The notes beneath the pieces are model-generated. The model searched no databases. It was given only the letters and a program-made list of their open reading frames with translations, and was not told the origin of the DNA. Shown here piece by piece: positions 22,088 to 34,628 of a DNA stretch of 64,000 nt. How positions within the stretch are numbered: the first letter of the stretch is position 1; every line of letters starts with the position of its first letter. This DNA is from Podarcis muralis (lineage: Eukaryota): contig NC_135667.1 in NCBI RefSeq assembly GCF_964188315.1, positions 25,916,001 through 25,980,000 of the forward strand, written 5' to 3'. Both the position numbers and the translations under genes were made by a program.

Positions 22088-23389
22088 ACGAGACTGTGCA
22101 GGGCTTGGACTGACAAGCCCTGCCCCTTCTAGGTCCCTGGTGTCACATAACAAGAATGAAGGACTTGTTATGGAAACAAAGGGGGGGCACTTATTGGAAA
22201 TCAGTTTTGCCACCTCTCCCCCCAAACCCGAAGACAATGAGCCCAGCCATCTTTTATTCACAGTCACGTAAGCACTACACTACAGCATGGCCATAAACCT
22301 GTACGTTCAACTACTGAAATATACACCCAATATGTAGCAATGTAGATTTACGTTACTGCTTTATGAATGAACACTGTGTTTTATGAATGGACTCTGTATA
22401 TTGTGAATTACCTAAAAGCCACCTATAGGGAGCTCTAGAATCTGACAGCTAACCAACTGGGTACTACCAAACAGCGACCCCTATTGCTGAAAGCAGGTAA
22501 CCAGCAGGGAACACGTCAGTTCAGCCTATGCACTGTTGACTGAACACCCCCTGCAGTGCAGATAATGGAGAAAGCTCTTAATTATATCCCTTCTGGCATC
22601 CCGGCCAACTCTATTATGCTGGTGTAAACACTGGGGCTTAATTTGAATAGTAGAGTGCCTGGTATCTGGTAGGCAATCTCATTCTTTATTTCCACACTGT
22701 GGCTGCAGACCAAATCACCTGTTAAGAGAGTTATGAGATTCAGGTGAGGGTCAGATGCCTTGTCAATCGCAGAAGGTATATAAGAGGCCTTCGCCCTGGC
22801 CAGGCCTTTGCCCGCAGTTTTTTTAACAGGGCAGGGCGAGACTCCCAGGGGGGCACCGTCCGCGGTGAGTGGCAAGCCCCTTAGGGGGCGGTGCAGCAAT
22901 GTCACTCCCTCCCAGGGATGACACCCGGGGCAGGCTGCACACACCACACACCACTTCCTCTGCTGGTGTTTGGGGGCATTCTTCCTGCACTTTCTCTTTC
23001 CTGCTAATACATTGTCTCTGATTTTTCCAGCAGCTGCTTGATTTGCAGCTTTTAAAACATGATAACCAGGTCTTTTTCTCAGCTGGAACTCACTGGAATT
23101 CAGTTCCGGCACCTCTCAGATCAATTCCATTGCCATTCTAAGAGAACAAGGGAGGTGTTCATGGTGAATCCCAGCACCTATTTTTCTAGAAAAATAGCAC
23201 CGGTGATAACATTTATCTCTGGATTCAATCACTTTGCATGACAACTCTTGGAAAATGTGATAAAAATACACCTTGAAGTGCATATACAAAAGCACAGATT
23301 GAGTTTATGTTGCTGAACTTCATCATGATCCATGACTTTACTTGTATGACATTTTTTATCCCTATCCCACTAGGGAAATAATGAACAAA

Positions 23390-24120
23390 GTTGTGTCAAG
23401 ATTCCACCCACCCACTGCCCCTCAACTATTTAGGAAGAACCAGACATAATACAGTTTATGGGTCAAATAAGGCTACAACTTTATTGGTTAAAGATGTAAG
23501 AGGTCTGCCATAGGCATTGGGCATAAACCCCAACTTCTGGCCTGCCTACCAGAAGTGAAGCCCTGGGTCAACCTGACAGTGCAGGGTCCTAGGACTTATA
23601 TAAAATAGGAGGGCCCCTGTGGGGATCGTCATCTTGATGAGTGCTGTGGCCCAACCCCCACCCCTCCACCCTTTGGGCATATGAACTCCCCATGTACAGA
23701 AACAACTCATCTCAGATCCCTTTAGCAGGATACCTTTTCACTTGAAGGGGTAGGCAGAGACTACAACCTCCTCTCCATCCAAGACTAAGGTTCACCCAAT
23801 GCCTAAGCCACCTAATTTGTGACCATTGCTATTTGGTAGGCAAAACCAGCAGACAGGAGGTGGACAAATTCCTGCCTGGCCCTGAATATGGCAACCAACA
23901 GAGTCCATAGCAAGGTCAAATTACCCAAGACAAACCTTTACACAATGGGAGGGTGGGTGAGCCAATGAAGAACTGAGCACTAGAGCCAGAGCAGGCTGCT
24001 TTAAATGCCCCAACAGCAGACTCAAAGGAAGACTTCATGCTCCATTGGGTCCACCCCCTGAGTCAGCCCCACCTCCCAACCTACCTGCCATTGACCACTT
24101 TGTAGGCAGTCCTGGATCAA
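23390..24120 (-). repeat. Unclassified LTR-like repeat family copy
   Basis: The reverse complement shares blocks with 27480-28075 (GGCCAGGYAGGAATTT, GGTGGYTTAGGCATTGG, AATAAAGTTGT). Confidence 0.5.
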
Positions 24121-24554
24121 AGTGAAACCATTAAGATCTATTCTTCATAGAATACTTGTTAATAAAGTTTCAGTTTTGTATCCATTGTGCCTCACCTTTA
24201 AGGTGTTCCCAATTCAAGAAATAAGTGGTCACAAGACCCCTGCAACAAGAGTAGTTGCTGTTGGATTATAGTAAACACTGCCAGATACAGAGAACCTCTG
24301 AATTCATAGTCTCTGTCATTTCTGACTTGTCTAAGTTTAAATCACCCAGACCTGGTCACATTCTCATGTTCCCATCTTTACTGAGGGAGTTTGCTACATG
24401 GTATAGAATCATCCTAATTAAAAAGAAAATGAAACTGAAGCCTTTCTAATTAAAAAGAAAGGCATCTGAAGGCTTTCTAGTTTTAGCATGTGGTTAAGAT
24501 GAATTTTCACATATCCACCAATTTGCCACATATGTTTTAATAATAAAAGGAAAT

Positions 24555-24929
24555 TGTCAGCAAGGTGAGTTGTAAGCGCTCAGATGAGATAAGAGTCCGG
24601 GAATCCAGCCATATTTTACAAGGCTTTATTGCTTCTTGACATCATTTACAAGCAGTTCAAAAATGCGATCCGATCATGGTGGGTAGTTGTCCCGACTAAC
24701 TACCTTCCGCTTTGGGGGCCAGCATAACCAACGTCTAAGCCCAACCCCCCTCCTTCCTCTGTGACGAGAGGTACTTGCCCTCGGAAGTACCTCCTCCCTC
24801 TCAGATTCACTCCCCTCTGACCCCCCTTCATCTTCTCTCTCTTCTGAAGACGAGAAGCTGCTAATCAAAGGGGCTTTCTCCTGATAACTTCTCATTCCCT
24901 CCTCCCTCTCTGTCTCCAGTTCCCTGACA
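24555..24929 (-). mobile_element. Gypsy-type solo LTR (375 bp)
   Basis: TGTCAG...CTGACA termini, perfect 5-bp TSD GAAAT (24550-24554, 24930-24934), minus-strand AATAAA (24630-24625) and purine-rich U3. Confidence 0.85.
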
Positions 24930-25291
24930 GAAATTGTGTTAAATTAACTGTGATAATTCATTGTGATGCACAGTCTTGGCTATTTAACCATTCCTCTTGG
25001 CAAATCTGATTTGCCTCCCACCCCCAGCAGCTCCAGTGTTTGTTGCAACATTATTTAACATGCTTTTACTAGTGAAATTTCTCATATTAAACAGGTTTTA
25101 ATGAGAATTTCAGTGTGAGGATACAGTTACCCAAAAGACATATATAGAAAATGTGTGTTGTTTAGCTCCAAGGCAATGAGAGATTTACATTAAGAGTGAT
25201 GGTGTGGCACTATGTAGAATACCCCTAGTATTTCTGATATCAGGCTAGAAGAAATCTGTTCTAATTCTTCAATTCTGAGTTGAGGATTACC

Positions 25292-26221
25292 TTAGTTTCT
25301 GTCTAGCCTCACAAACTTCTTGAATGCCTCTTTTACCTCCTTGTTCCTTAGACTGTAAATAAGGGGGTTGAGAATAGGGGTGATCACTGTGTACAATACT
25401 GCTACAATTTTGTCCATGTCAAGGTACATGGATGGAGGTCTAACATAAGTGTAAATGACTGAACTGTAGAAAAGTGTCACCACCATTAAATGAGAGGAGC
25501 ATGTGGAGAAAGCCTTTTTCTTCCCTTGCACCGATTGGATCTTCAGGATAGAGGAAACAATGTAGATGTAAGAGACTAGAGTCATCAGAAAGCAACCAAA
25601 GCCCAAAAAGAGGTCTGTCACCAACATTAGATACTGGTTGAAGGTTGTGTCTGTGCAGGAGAGCTGAAGCAGTGGCGGTAGCTCGCAAAAGAAGTGGTTG
25701 ATAGTACTGGGTCCACAGAAGGACAAGCGGAGGACAGAGAGAACATGAACATTGGCAAGTAGGATACCAAGCACCCATGTCCCAATCACTAAGTAACTGC
25801 AGACTTTCTGGCTCATGATGACGGTGTAGCGCAAAGGTTGGCAGATGGCTACATAGCGGTCAAAAGCCATCACAGCCAACAACAGCAGTTCAGTGGCCAG
25901 GAAGATGACAAAGAAATAAGCCTGTGTTAAGCAGCATTGGAAGGAGATGGTCTTTTTCTCATCCATTAAATTCAACAGCATCTGGGGAATGATTGCAGTG
26001 ATGGTGCAAATGTCCAGGAGGGAGAGGTTGACCAGAAAAAAGTACATAGGAGTGTGAAGTGTGTGACAGACCCTGATCAATGTGATGATAGAAATGTTGC
26101 CCACCAGAGCTCCTGCATAGGCAGATACAAAGGCCACAAAGAGGGGAAATTGTGCTTGAGAGAAGCCAGAGAAGCCCAGTAAGATGAATTCTGTCACAGA
26201 AGTTTGATTGTTACCTTCCAT
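25292..26221 (-). CDS. Olfactory receptor, class II, resembling family 13 (OR13G/13A-like), intact (309 aa)
   Basis: NQT, LHTPMYFFL, MAFDRYVAIC, FFCELPPLL, KAFSTCSSH, PILNPLIYSLRN. Confidence 0.93.
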   Translation of the reverse strand: MEGNNQTSVTEFILLGFSGFSQAQFPLFVAFVSAYAGALVGNISIITLIRVCHTLHTPMYFFLVNLSLLDICTITAIIPQMLLNLMDEKKTISFQCCLTQAYFFVIFLATELLLLAVMAFDRYVAICQPLRYTVIMSQKVCSYLVIGTWVLGILLANVHVLSVLRLSFCGPSTINHFFCELPPLLQLSCTDTTFNQYLMLVTDLFLGFGCFLMTLVSYIYIVSSILKIQSVQGKKKAFSTCSSHLMVVTLFYSSVIYTYVRPPSMYLDMDKIVAVLYTVITPILNPLIYSLRNKEVKEAFKKFVRLDRN

Positions 26222-26804
26222 TCCTGCATATCCTTTGGATCATACTGAGAGAATTAATTTTAACTGGAAAGGTTTGACAATCAGATTTGTTTCTTTTTAA
26301 GAAAGAAGAGCACCTGGCAAGGTTAGAAGTCTTCTCCTCTGAGGTACTGCAAAGAAGGAAGACTGTTAAGCTGATTCAACCACAATTCAATCCTGCACAT
26401 CTCTACTAAGAAATTAACCTCCACTGAGTTCAACTGGAATAATCCCACAGCTGAGTATATATAGGATCGTAGGCTTGGACATTCATCAAGCCTCTGGGAG
26501 GAGCATGCAATACCATGCATGCTCAGCTAATTAGTTTGGAGTAAATGATCACAAACAAGAGTTTCAAAGAACTGCAAAGCAAATAATTATTAGATTAAGT
26601 GTGGTGTAGAATACAAGTGGCATCATAAGATTCACAATTTATGATTACCGTTATGTATTTTGTGAGTCATTCATCTCCATTTCCTCCTTCTTAGTAGGTA
26701 AAGAAAATGGAGGGGAGGGTACCTCATGCAAGTATTGATAACTTTGGCTGTTTACTTTTATTCCTGTCTCCTTGATCCACTACTCTTTAGTATTACCCAT
26801 TGCG

Positions 26805-26805
<1 letters not shown>

Positions 26806-26842
<37 letters not shown>
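26806..26842. repeat. (CT)n microsatellite
   Basis: Direct reading. Confidence 0.95.
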
Positions 26843-26847
<5 letters not shown>

Positions 26848-27227
26848 CACACACTAGTCTAGAACTCCAAAGGTAAATGACAGAGGATCTAGCAATCCAC
26901 ATATTGTCTGTGCTTGCATGGCACCATGGTAGATGCAAGCAAAAGCAGGCAATGTGTGGTGATTGACAGGCAGGTGGCCCCACATACCGGTCAAACTTTG
27001 CCCATGGAGATGAGGTGGGGGGATAAGGATTCAGCCTACTGCTTGGATCTGGTTCCCCGTTCCTTTTCCACTTTGCAGTCTTTTGCACTTTGGCAGCTAT
27101 ACACTGCATAATTACCATTCTCCACTTAAGGGGCAGAAATGCTCCTTTGAAATGAAATGCATGTATTATAATGTAGAAACAAATCACAATATAAAGAGAC
27201 TCAGCTAGATGGGTGGGGTATAAATAA

Positions 27228-27228
<1 letters not shown>

Positions 27229-27282
<54 letters not shown>
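27229..27282. repeat. (TAT)n microsatellite
   Basis: Direct reading. Confidence 0.95.
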
Positions 27283-27286
<4 letters not shown>

Positions 27287-27479
27287 TTCTTTGGCAGACC
27301 ATCTGCCTCTATGTTACTTTAAATGTACCCCAACATGTATTGTAGTTGCTTGTGGGTTGTTATTTCTCCCCCATAATGTTAGTTTTTGTAAGTTCTAGCC
27401 ACTCTCCAGAGTCTTGCAACATCTAGATAGTTTCATGCATTGCTCCAGTTGCCCTTTTGTCCCTGCTAAAGAGTAAGTT

Positions 27480-28075
27480 GGATCATCTTTAGAATGGTCC
27501 TGGTTGTGGGCAGGCCCCCAACCTGCTTCCTCACCCACCCTGCCAATCATTTTGAGCTGGGTGGCCATGGGGGATTTTAAAGTGGCAGAGCGACGTGTTC
27601 TGAGCCCACCCGCCCTGTAATTTTATGTGTTCTCTGGCCTTGCTTTGGACTTGGGTTTGTCACCTGACTTGGGCCGGGGGCCAGGTAGGAATTTTTCCAT
27701 TGGGCAAATTGGCACTGGCCACTTGGTTTTTGCCTACCTCTTAGCAATCGTCACAACTTTGTAAGGTTTGGTGGTTAGGCATTGGCTCATTGATTTGTGG
27801 GGGTGGAGAGGTCGGCCATTGCCTGCCCCTCCATTGGCCAAGGGTATTCCATTAAAGGAATCCAGGGCCTGGATCCCGTCCGAAGTCCGCTTGAGGGGCT
27901 AGGGCTTTGTAAGGTTTACCCTTATTGACTTCCTGCAAAGGGGGCAGGAGTCTGATATAGTCTAAGCCAATGCCTAAGCCAATACTGCTCACATTTCTGT
28001 AATTCAATAAAGTTGTGGCCTAAAATTTTGCCAATAACCTTAAACTAAAATTCTGTGTCCGTATTGCCACACAAT
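27480..28075 (+). repeat. Unclassified LTR-like repeat family copy
   Basis: AATAAA near the 3' end and ...CACACA terminus; related to copies at about 6860, 23390, 45290 and 58181. Confidence 0.5.
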
Positions 28076-29724
28076 AACCAAGCCTCAGAAACATACCATT
28101 GCGCTCTATAATCTGTGGCTTGGTCTCTCTTTATCCAAAGTTAGTTCTACTCAGAACAGACGCACTGAGATTAATGGATACAACTAACTTAGATTCATTA
28201 ATTTCAGTGAGTCTAGTCTACATTGTAAATTGCTTTAACCTTTTTAAAAAAATCTTTTCAAATTCTTTGAGATTTCTTTTACTGTAAGTGGCAGAAAAAT
28301 ACTATTCTGCATGCAAATACTCGACTGTATTGTTAATATTAATTCATATCCCCCACTTACCTTAGTTGCAGTCATGGTTTTCCACTTGGTGTCTAGCCCA
28401 GTGTTGTTTATGATGCACTTACATGGCGGTGCTGCAGTTTCTTAATTATCTTGTTGAGTTTATTTCAAAGTCGGTGCACTTAGAACAACCCCCCATCCCA
28501 CAAAAAAGCACCAAAATTTATTTTTCGTTACCGCTCCTGATATGAAAGAGCAGCAGTCTGTTATTACTTGGCCTTTAATATATCCTCAAATCCTATTCAC
28601 AAACATGGGCTGGGCCACTTTGACTGCACACATGGGTAAAAGGAAATGCACAAATCATTAATCCAAGTGTGTTTCTAACTATGCAATCATTACATCCCTT
28701 CCAAAATATCACAGATGAAAACAGGAATGCTCCTGGGTACTAGTAATGTGTCTCCCTTGAGATGACTGCCTGCCTCCATCCTATCTGGCTACATATGGGT
28801 TGAGAGGAGTGCTCCTCAGCTATAACCAACAGAGCTCCTAAACTCTTGATATGTGACCTGGGTAAATCTTAATGGCTTGGGCACTCATTGCGAGCAATTG
28901 TCTACTTCCTGGGTCCTAATCTGCATTGACACTATAGTAGATGCAAATGTTAAAGTCATATGAACCCACAAATTTTGGCTCTTGCATATTTCTACATCTG
29001 AAGGCCATCCCTCTATCATTTATGTACACATTCTATGTCCCAATCAATATATGTATTGGTTTGGGAGGTCCTGCATTGTGCCATACTCTCAGGAAAGAGA
29101 AATTGTGAAGAGGGCCGACAAAGTAATTTCTTCCTATGACGATTTTGCCAGGGCCAGGCTCCATACTCTTAAATGGAGAACATGATTGCTCTAGACACTA
29201 TTATCACAGCAGAAATCACATAGTGTGGAAAAACCTGTTAAAACTGCAATTTGTACTTTCATGTCATATAATTTGATGCTTTTCCGTGTGGAATTTAAAG
29301 GAAATAGTTTTTTCTGAAATTCTGAGGTTGTCAATTCCAGTTTCTAAAATCTGCACTCCTTTATGTCAAAACTTACTGTCCTGTAATATTCTGGTATAGG
29401 TTTTATTTTTTATTTTCCCTTTTCTTTTCCTGCACATTAATAGCAAAAAAGAATCACTAGGATAATATTGACCATTCTACCGAGGCCCATTCACAGTAAA
29501 ACCAGAAGGAACAAATCAGTGGTGGACTTTGGTTTTTAAATTTTCAGCGGCACTCTGTGTAATGCCAAAATTTTGCCTTCTATGCTGCTCAATTTGCGAT
29601 GTTATAATTGCAAAGACCTGCAGTACCCTCTAGTGTTGGTGCCCAATGCAGTGGAACCAGTTGCACCCCCTGAAATCTGCCTCTGAACAAGCTGTGAATG
29701 AACACAGAGGCCCAGATGTTGGAG

Positions 29725-29875
29725 TAAAATAAGCCCCAGCTACTCCTCCTCCCTTCCTGTTTGCTCTTAAAAAAAAAAAAAAACAGTTTATACCCCTCAA
29801 TCTCTATATTCCAATCATAAATCTCATACCAGCAAGTTTCAGTAATGCCCATTAGGTCATATCTGCTATCCTGTA
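29725..29875 (-). mobile_element. CR1 LINE ORF2 endonuclease fragment
   Basis: Translation YDLMGITETCWY..DWNIEIEGYKLF..QEGRR matches the CR1 APE motif GITETWW...DWN..IEGYKLFR; interrupted by a poly(A/T) run. Confidence 0.75.
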
Positions 29876-31094
29876 TTTAGAGCACAATTTCATCTTGCTT
29901 GTTTCCCCTACTCTGTGCATTCTTATAGAGACCACTATTCATTTATGCATCTCAGAATTTCTTATTTTTTTAAGAATTCCCACACAACTGTAGTGCTAAA
30001 TATTTTTCTTTATCTTTCATGTTTTAGTTCAATGTTATACATTGCTTGCAAATGAAGAATTAAAAGTTTTGATATCCACTCTCTGTCCAACATTTTCTCC
30101 CTTAATGTATTTCTCATTGATGTTTGGTCACATATTTTTTATAAGGTTTAAGCTGGGCCATGTATATTAGCAGTTTCATTAATGCTCACTTTCTTGCTTT
30201 CTTTGTGTGTGTGGTATTTTACTCTTGTTGTATCTCAGCACACTACAAATTCAGTCTCCTACAGGGATATATTAACAGCTTGCTTCTAACTGTTGAACAA
30301 AGAAAGCTCTGCAAATTCTGTGGATACACCAAGGCCTTATTATTCTAACTTGACTCCTCTGGACCCCTGGGTATTCTGTGGTTAACTCTTTTGTGTTTTC
30401 TTTATTATTACTCTTAACTTTGTCAATTGATACTCCCTCCAGTTACTATTTTAGACTTAAGCATCAACTTGATACGTGTCCTGTATACATAATCAAAGCC
30501 TGTAATTGAATTATATTGAAAATCAACATTGTCCTTTTCATAAACTATTAAAGCTTCACTTTTGGGACCAGAGAGCAATTTGGTCATTTCAGTGTCTTTC
30601 ACTTGGAACTTGAAAGCAAAATCACTGGGGCCAAGAATTCTTTAGGGTTAAGTTAGCCATTTGGGCTTGATGGTTCAGAAGAACAAGTCACGTAAGTCAA
30701 TACAGTAGAATAATGTTAAAAAGGCAGAAGAAGAAAAATCAAATCTCACCCTACTCACACTTTACATGCATATAGCTGCTTTTGCTAAAAAAAAGAGGGG
30801 GGGAAAGTGTTTTGTCTGTATTAATTTTATATTATATTATTTTATCTCTCCCCCCCCCCTCATTCCGTACAGGTAGACAAAGCTGCTTGAAAAATGATAG
30901 CAACATTGACAATGCCAGTGCAAAACAAAGAGTATTTATAAGGTGACAATCACAAAACATAAATCATGGACAATTAATAGAGAACCATATCTTGTTACAT
31001 CTCAAACACCCTCAGAAATAAAATGATATTTAGATGATCCTTAAGCTAAAAGAGAAGAAGCAAGATGTTTCACAGCCTGCCATTCAAATGGCAC

Positions 31095-31095
<1 letters not shown>

Positions 31096-31133
<38 letters not shown>

Positions 31134-31135
31134 GT
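31096..31135. repeat. (TG)n(CG)n(TG)n alternating purine-pyrimidine microsatellite
   Basis: Direct reading. Confidence 0.9.
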
Positions 31136-32721
31136 CATTTGATTGATTATGTGGGGCAGGGCTTGCCTGTCCCCCTCAATACTTTAGTCAAGTTGGTACC
31201 CCTGCTACTGAGAAATTATTTGTGTGTTTCATCATCCCCTCTTCCTCAGAGATGAGGAAACACAGATCAGGGCTTTAATAGTTGACCTAAACCTATTGGT
31301 AGGTCCACAGAGAAACTGGTGGCCCATGACATCTCAGGTTCCATATCAGTTATGCAGGACTAGAGAACATCAGGCCTGGGGGGACTTCCCATAGGTCCAA
31401 GTCCCTTGCATGCATGCTTTTTATGGCTGGAATGTGCCCTTAAACTGTGATATAACTTCTTGCTCACCTAGAAGGAGCAAGGAGATTTGTGGTGCGTGTG
31501 CAAACCTTTGGCATTTGCATGGCTGGAAGGTAGGCTGCAATACAAAGAGGCATAGCCATTCCCCTGCCCATTTTTGCAGCTAGTTCTGTGTGCAGTGTAC
31601 AGCCATACAACAACGAGCTTTATTAGAGTTCAGTGATGCATTCCAGCTGGACAAAAACACTCAATGGGGGTGCAAACCAGGGCTTGTGCCCACCTTCAAA
31701 GCTGACCCGTATAGACTATAGTAAAGTTAAGGATCTGGTCCACCAGCCAGATCCAGTTACCAACCTCTGGGAAGCAGCTGGCAAATGATCACACTGCACT
31801 ATGTAGGATGAGCACCTCCCTGTTCAGGGGAGATGTTAATTCTGTGCTCCTTTGGAAGCAGCTTCTCTCCTGGGACGCCACTTACAAAGGAGCACCCTGA
31901 ATCATGCAACATCAATATCTCCTTTGAGAGCGGCACTGAACTTTCATGGAGCTCCAGGCCTTGAGGGGTAGGCCTCAGGCAGGAAGGGAGTCAGGCATCA
32001 GATGGGAAAACTCAATGGAAAGGCTGAGACCTGCCATTACCTCTGACTGCAAGCTCTTTCTTTCCCCAAAAGATGCAGCCAGAGGTCATGGTTTTCCCAC
32101 CTGATACCTGACTCTCTTTCCTACCTGGTGCCTTACCCCATGACAAGGCCTCACCCCTGAGGCCTCACCCCTTGTATGGATGGCCCTGGCTCATCCAACT
32201 CAACTTATAGGGATCCATGGTTGTCTGTACCTGATTCGTCCAATGCCATAGTCCTTCTGTATATGCCCAATTTGGCTCAGGCTGCCATGTCTTCTTTTTC
32301 CAGAACACATCCTCTTTTTCATGGGTTTGTAAAATGAGAGTCATCATAGCGATTCATAGTTCAAAGTAGAAGTCGACAAATGTGTCCTCTTTTTTCTCTT
32401 CAAAATATGGCAATGCTAATAGATGACTTTAGACAAGCCAATATTTTTGCAAACTGCCTTTTATCTGTAGTGTGGGGTTACGCAAGAGAGTTACTGAATC
32501 AACTCTTTCTGGCGATCTCTATAAAATTTATAAACATCATTCTTACCATAATGGTAGTCATATAATAAGGAGAAAAGGAATGGCCAGGTTATTGGGGTGG
32601 GTTGCTTTTCACTTACTTCCCATCCCACTGGCAGAGACGCCTGACCTTGGACAATGAATTCTTCAGACTTATTTCTTCTTGGTTAAGAGAATCCCACCTA
32701 TCTTGATTTGGAAGGGCAGCA

Positions 32722-33666
32722 TTATTCTGAGCCGAGCCAGCATTTTCTGCCCACATTTTTCTTCAATGTCTCTTTTACTTCTTTATTTCTCAGACAATAG
32801 ATGAGAGGGTTGAGAGCTGGCGTGACCACAGCATAGAAAATGGACACTATTTTGTTGAGATTAAAGGGATGAATTTTTCTAGGTCGAGCGTACATGAAGA
32901 CTGTTGTTGAAAAAAAGATGATGACCACAGTGAGGTGTGAAGCACAAGTTGAGAAGGCTTTTTTCTTCCCTTGGGTTGTGGGGATACGGAAGATTGAATT
33001 GATGATAAAAAGGTAGGACAGAATGGTAACAGACAATGGGATTAGGAGGATGACCAAAGCTAAAATGAAATCGACCAACTCAGCCACTGACATGTCAGTG
33101 CAGGAGAGGTTGAGTACAGGGGAGATGTCACAAAAAAAGTGATTAATGACCCCAGGCCCACAAAAACTCAATCTAGAGATGAAGGTGACCTTGACCAAGG
33201 AGATGGAAAAACCACACACCCAGGAGAACACACCCAGTTGGAAACATAATCTATGGGTCATGATAACTGAATAACGAAGTGGGTTGCATATGGCTACATA
33301 GCGATCATATGCCATCACTGCTAGGAGGACACACTCAGTGCACATAAGGGAGATAAAGAAGTAGAGTTGTGCCATGCAACTCTCGAAGGAGATTACTTTG
33401 GTCTGTGACCAGAAGTCTAACAGCAATTTTGGAAGTGTGACAGTGATATACCAGATTTCTAAGAAAGACAAGATTCCCAGGAAGAAATACATGGGCTTGT
33501 GAAGATTCCGGTTACCTTTTACTACAGAGATAATAATGAGGTTCTCCGTGACTGTTAGTATATAAGTGATGAAGAAGACCACAAAAAGAAAACTCTGGAT
33601 CTCCAGCTCAGCAGGAAACCCCAGGAGGATGAATTCAGAAATGATAGTTTGGTTCTTCATCTCCAA
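32722..33666 (-). CDS. Olfactory receptor family 6, strongly OR6B1-like, intact (314 aa)
   Basis: [77 protein letters not shown]; these match my recollection of mammalian OR6B1. Confidence 0.93.
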   Translation of the reverse strand: MEMKNQTIISEFILLGFPAELEIQSFLFVVFFITYILTVTENLIIISVVKGNRNLHKPMYFFLGILSFLEIWYITVTLPKLLLDFWSQTKVISFESCMAQLYFFISLMCTECVLLAVMAYDRYVAICNPLRYSVIMTHRLCFQLGVFSWVCGFSISLVKVTFISRLSFCGPGVINHFFCDISPVLNLSCTDMSVAELVDFILALVILLIPLSVTILSYLFIINSIFRIPTTQGKKKAFSTCASHLTVVIIFFSTTVFMYARPRKIHPFNLNKIVSIFYAVVTPALNPLIYCLRNKEVKETLKKNVGRKCWLGSE

Positions 33667-34398
33667 ATATATCTGTAATAATGCAAACCTAAAGAATAAA
33701 ATGGCAAATCATGATATTTAGTAAAGTAAAATGTACATCAGAAAGAATTATTAATTTTAGTAGTAGTAGTAGTCACATAGGGCACATTACAGCCAACTTT
33801 AAGCATTTTGAATTCTCACTGATTTCATTAACAGAGCAATCCTAAGTGGGACTAGGGAGGAGTGGAATGGCAGATTCACCACTGCATCCCAAGCCCTGTC
33901 AGCTTACCTAAAGGTGATGGAATAGTTCTTTCTCCAATTACTCTGTGCCAGCTACAGGTCAATGCAGCTGAGGAGCCCAAGGATCAGGTCCCTTAGGGTA
34001 ACCACAAGCTTTGGATAAAGCAGATCTAATGCCACCATTGCCCAAGTCTGAAATGTCCAATACCAGGATTTCCCACTTGCTACCACCAGCAGAGGCTGTA
34101 GCTTTTGGCATCGCAGTGGCCCCTACCATGGTCGAGTTCTCCACCAGCAGTTTCCTGCTCTACTAGAGGAGAGGCACCCCTGCACCAACAAAGTACCACC
34201 TTCAGTCATCAACATTGTGGGCAGAGGAGCTGTAGGATCGCTCTCAGAGAAAGAGTTAAGCGCAAACATTTCAGTAATAACTTAATACCTAAGCTTCAGC
34301 AGTGAAATACCAGCATGCATTATAACAATCACCTTTATTGACATACTAAAGCATATAAGCCAAAGCATAAAATTGGCATCTGTTCAGAAAAGGGCATA

Positions 34399-34628
34399 CA
34401 GTGGTATCTCGGGTTACAGACGTTCAGGTTACAGATGCTTCAGGTTACAGACTCTGCTAACCCAGAAATAGTACCTTGGGTTAAGAACTTTGCTTCAGGA
34501 GGAGAACAGAAATCGTGCTCCGGCAGCGGGAGGCCCCTTTAGCTAAAGTGGTACCTCAGATTAAGAACAGTTTCAGGTTAAGAACAGACCTCCAGAACAA
34601 ATTAAGTTCTTAACCTGAGGTACCACTG
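34399..34628. mobile_element. Tc1/mariner (Tigger-like) MITE
   Basis: CAGTGGTATCTCGGGTT...AACCTGAGGTACCACTG TIRs, TA at the left; same family as 37687-37928 and 42831-43057. Confidence 0.85.

Noticed and set aside
31096-31135. Z-DNA-prone (TG)n(CG)n tract, and G-rich tracts at about 8596, 43670 and 63955
   Set aside because: Common simple sequences with no functional context here.
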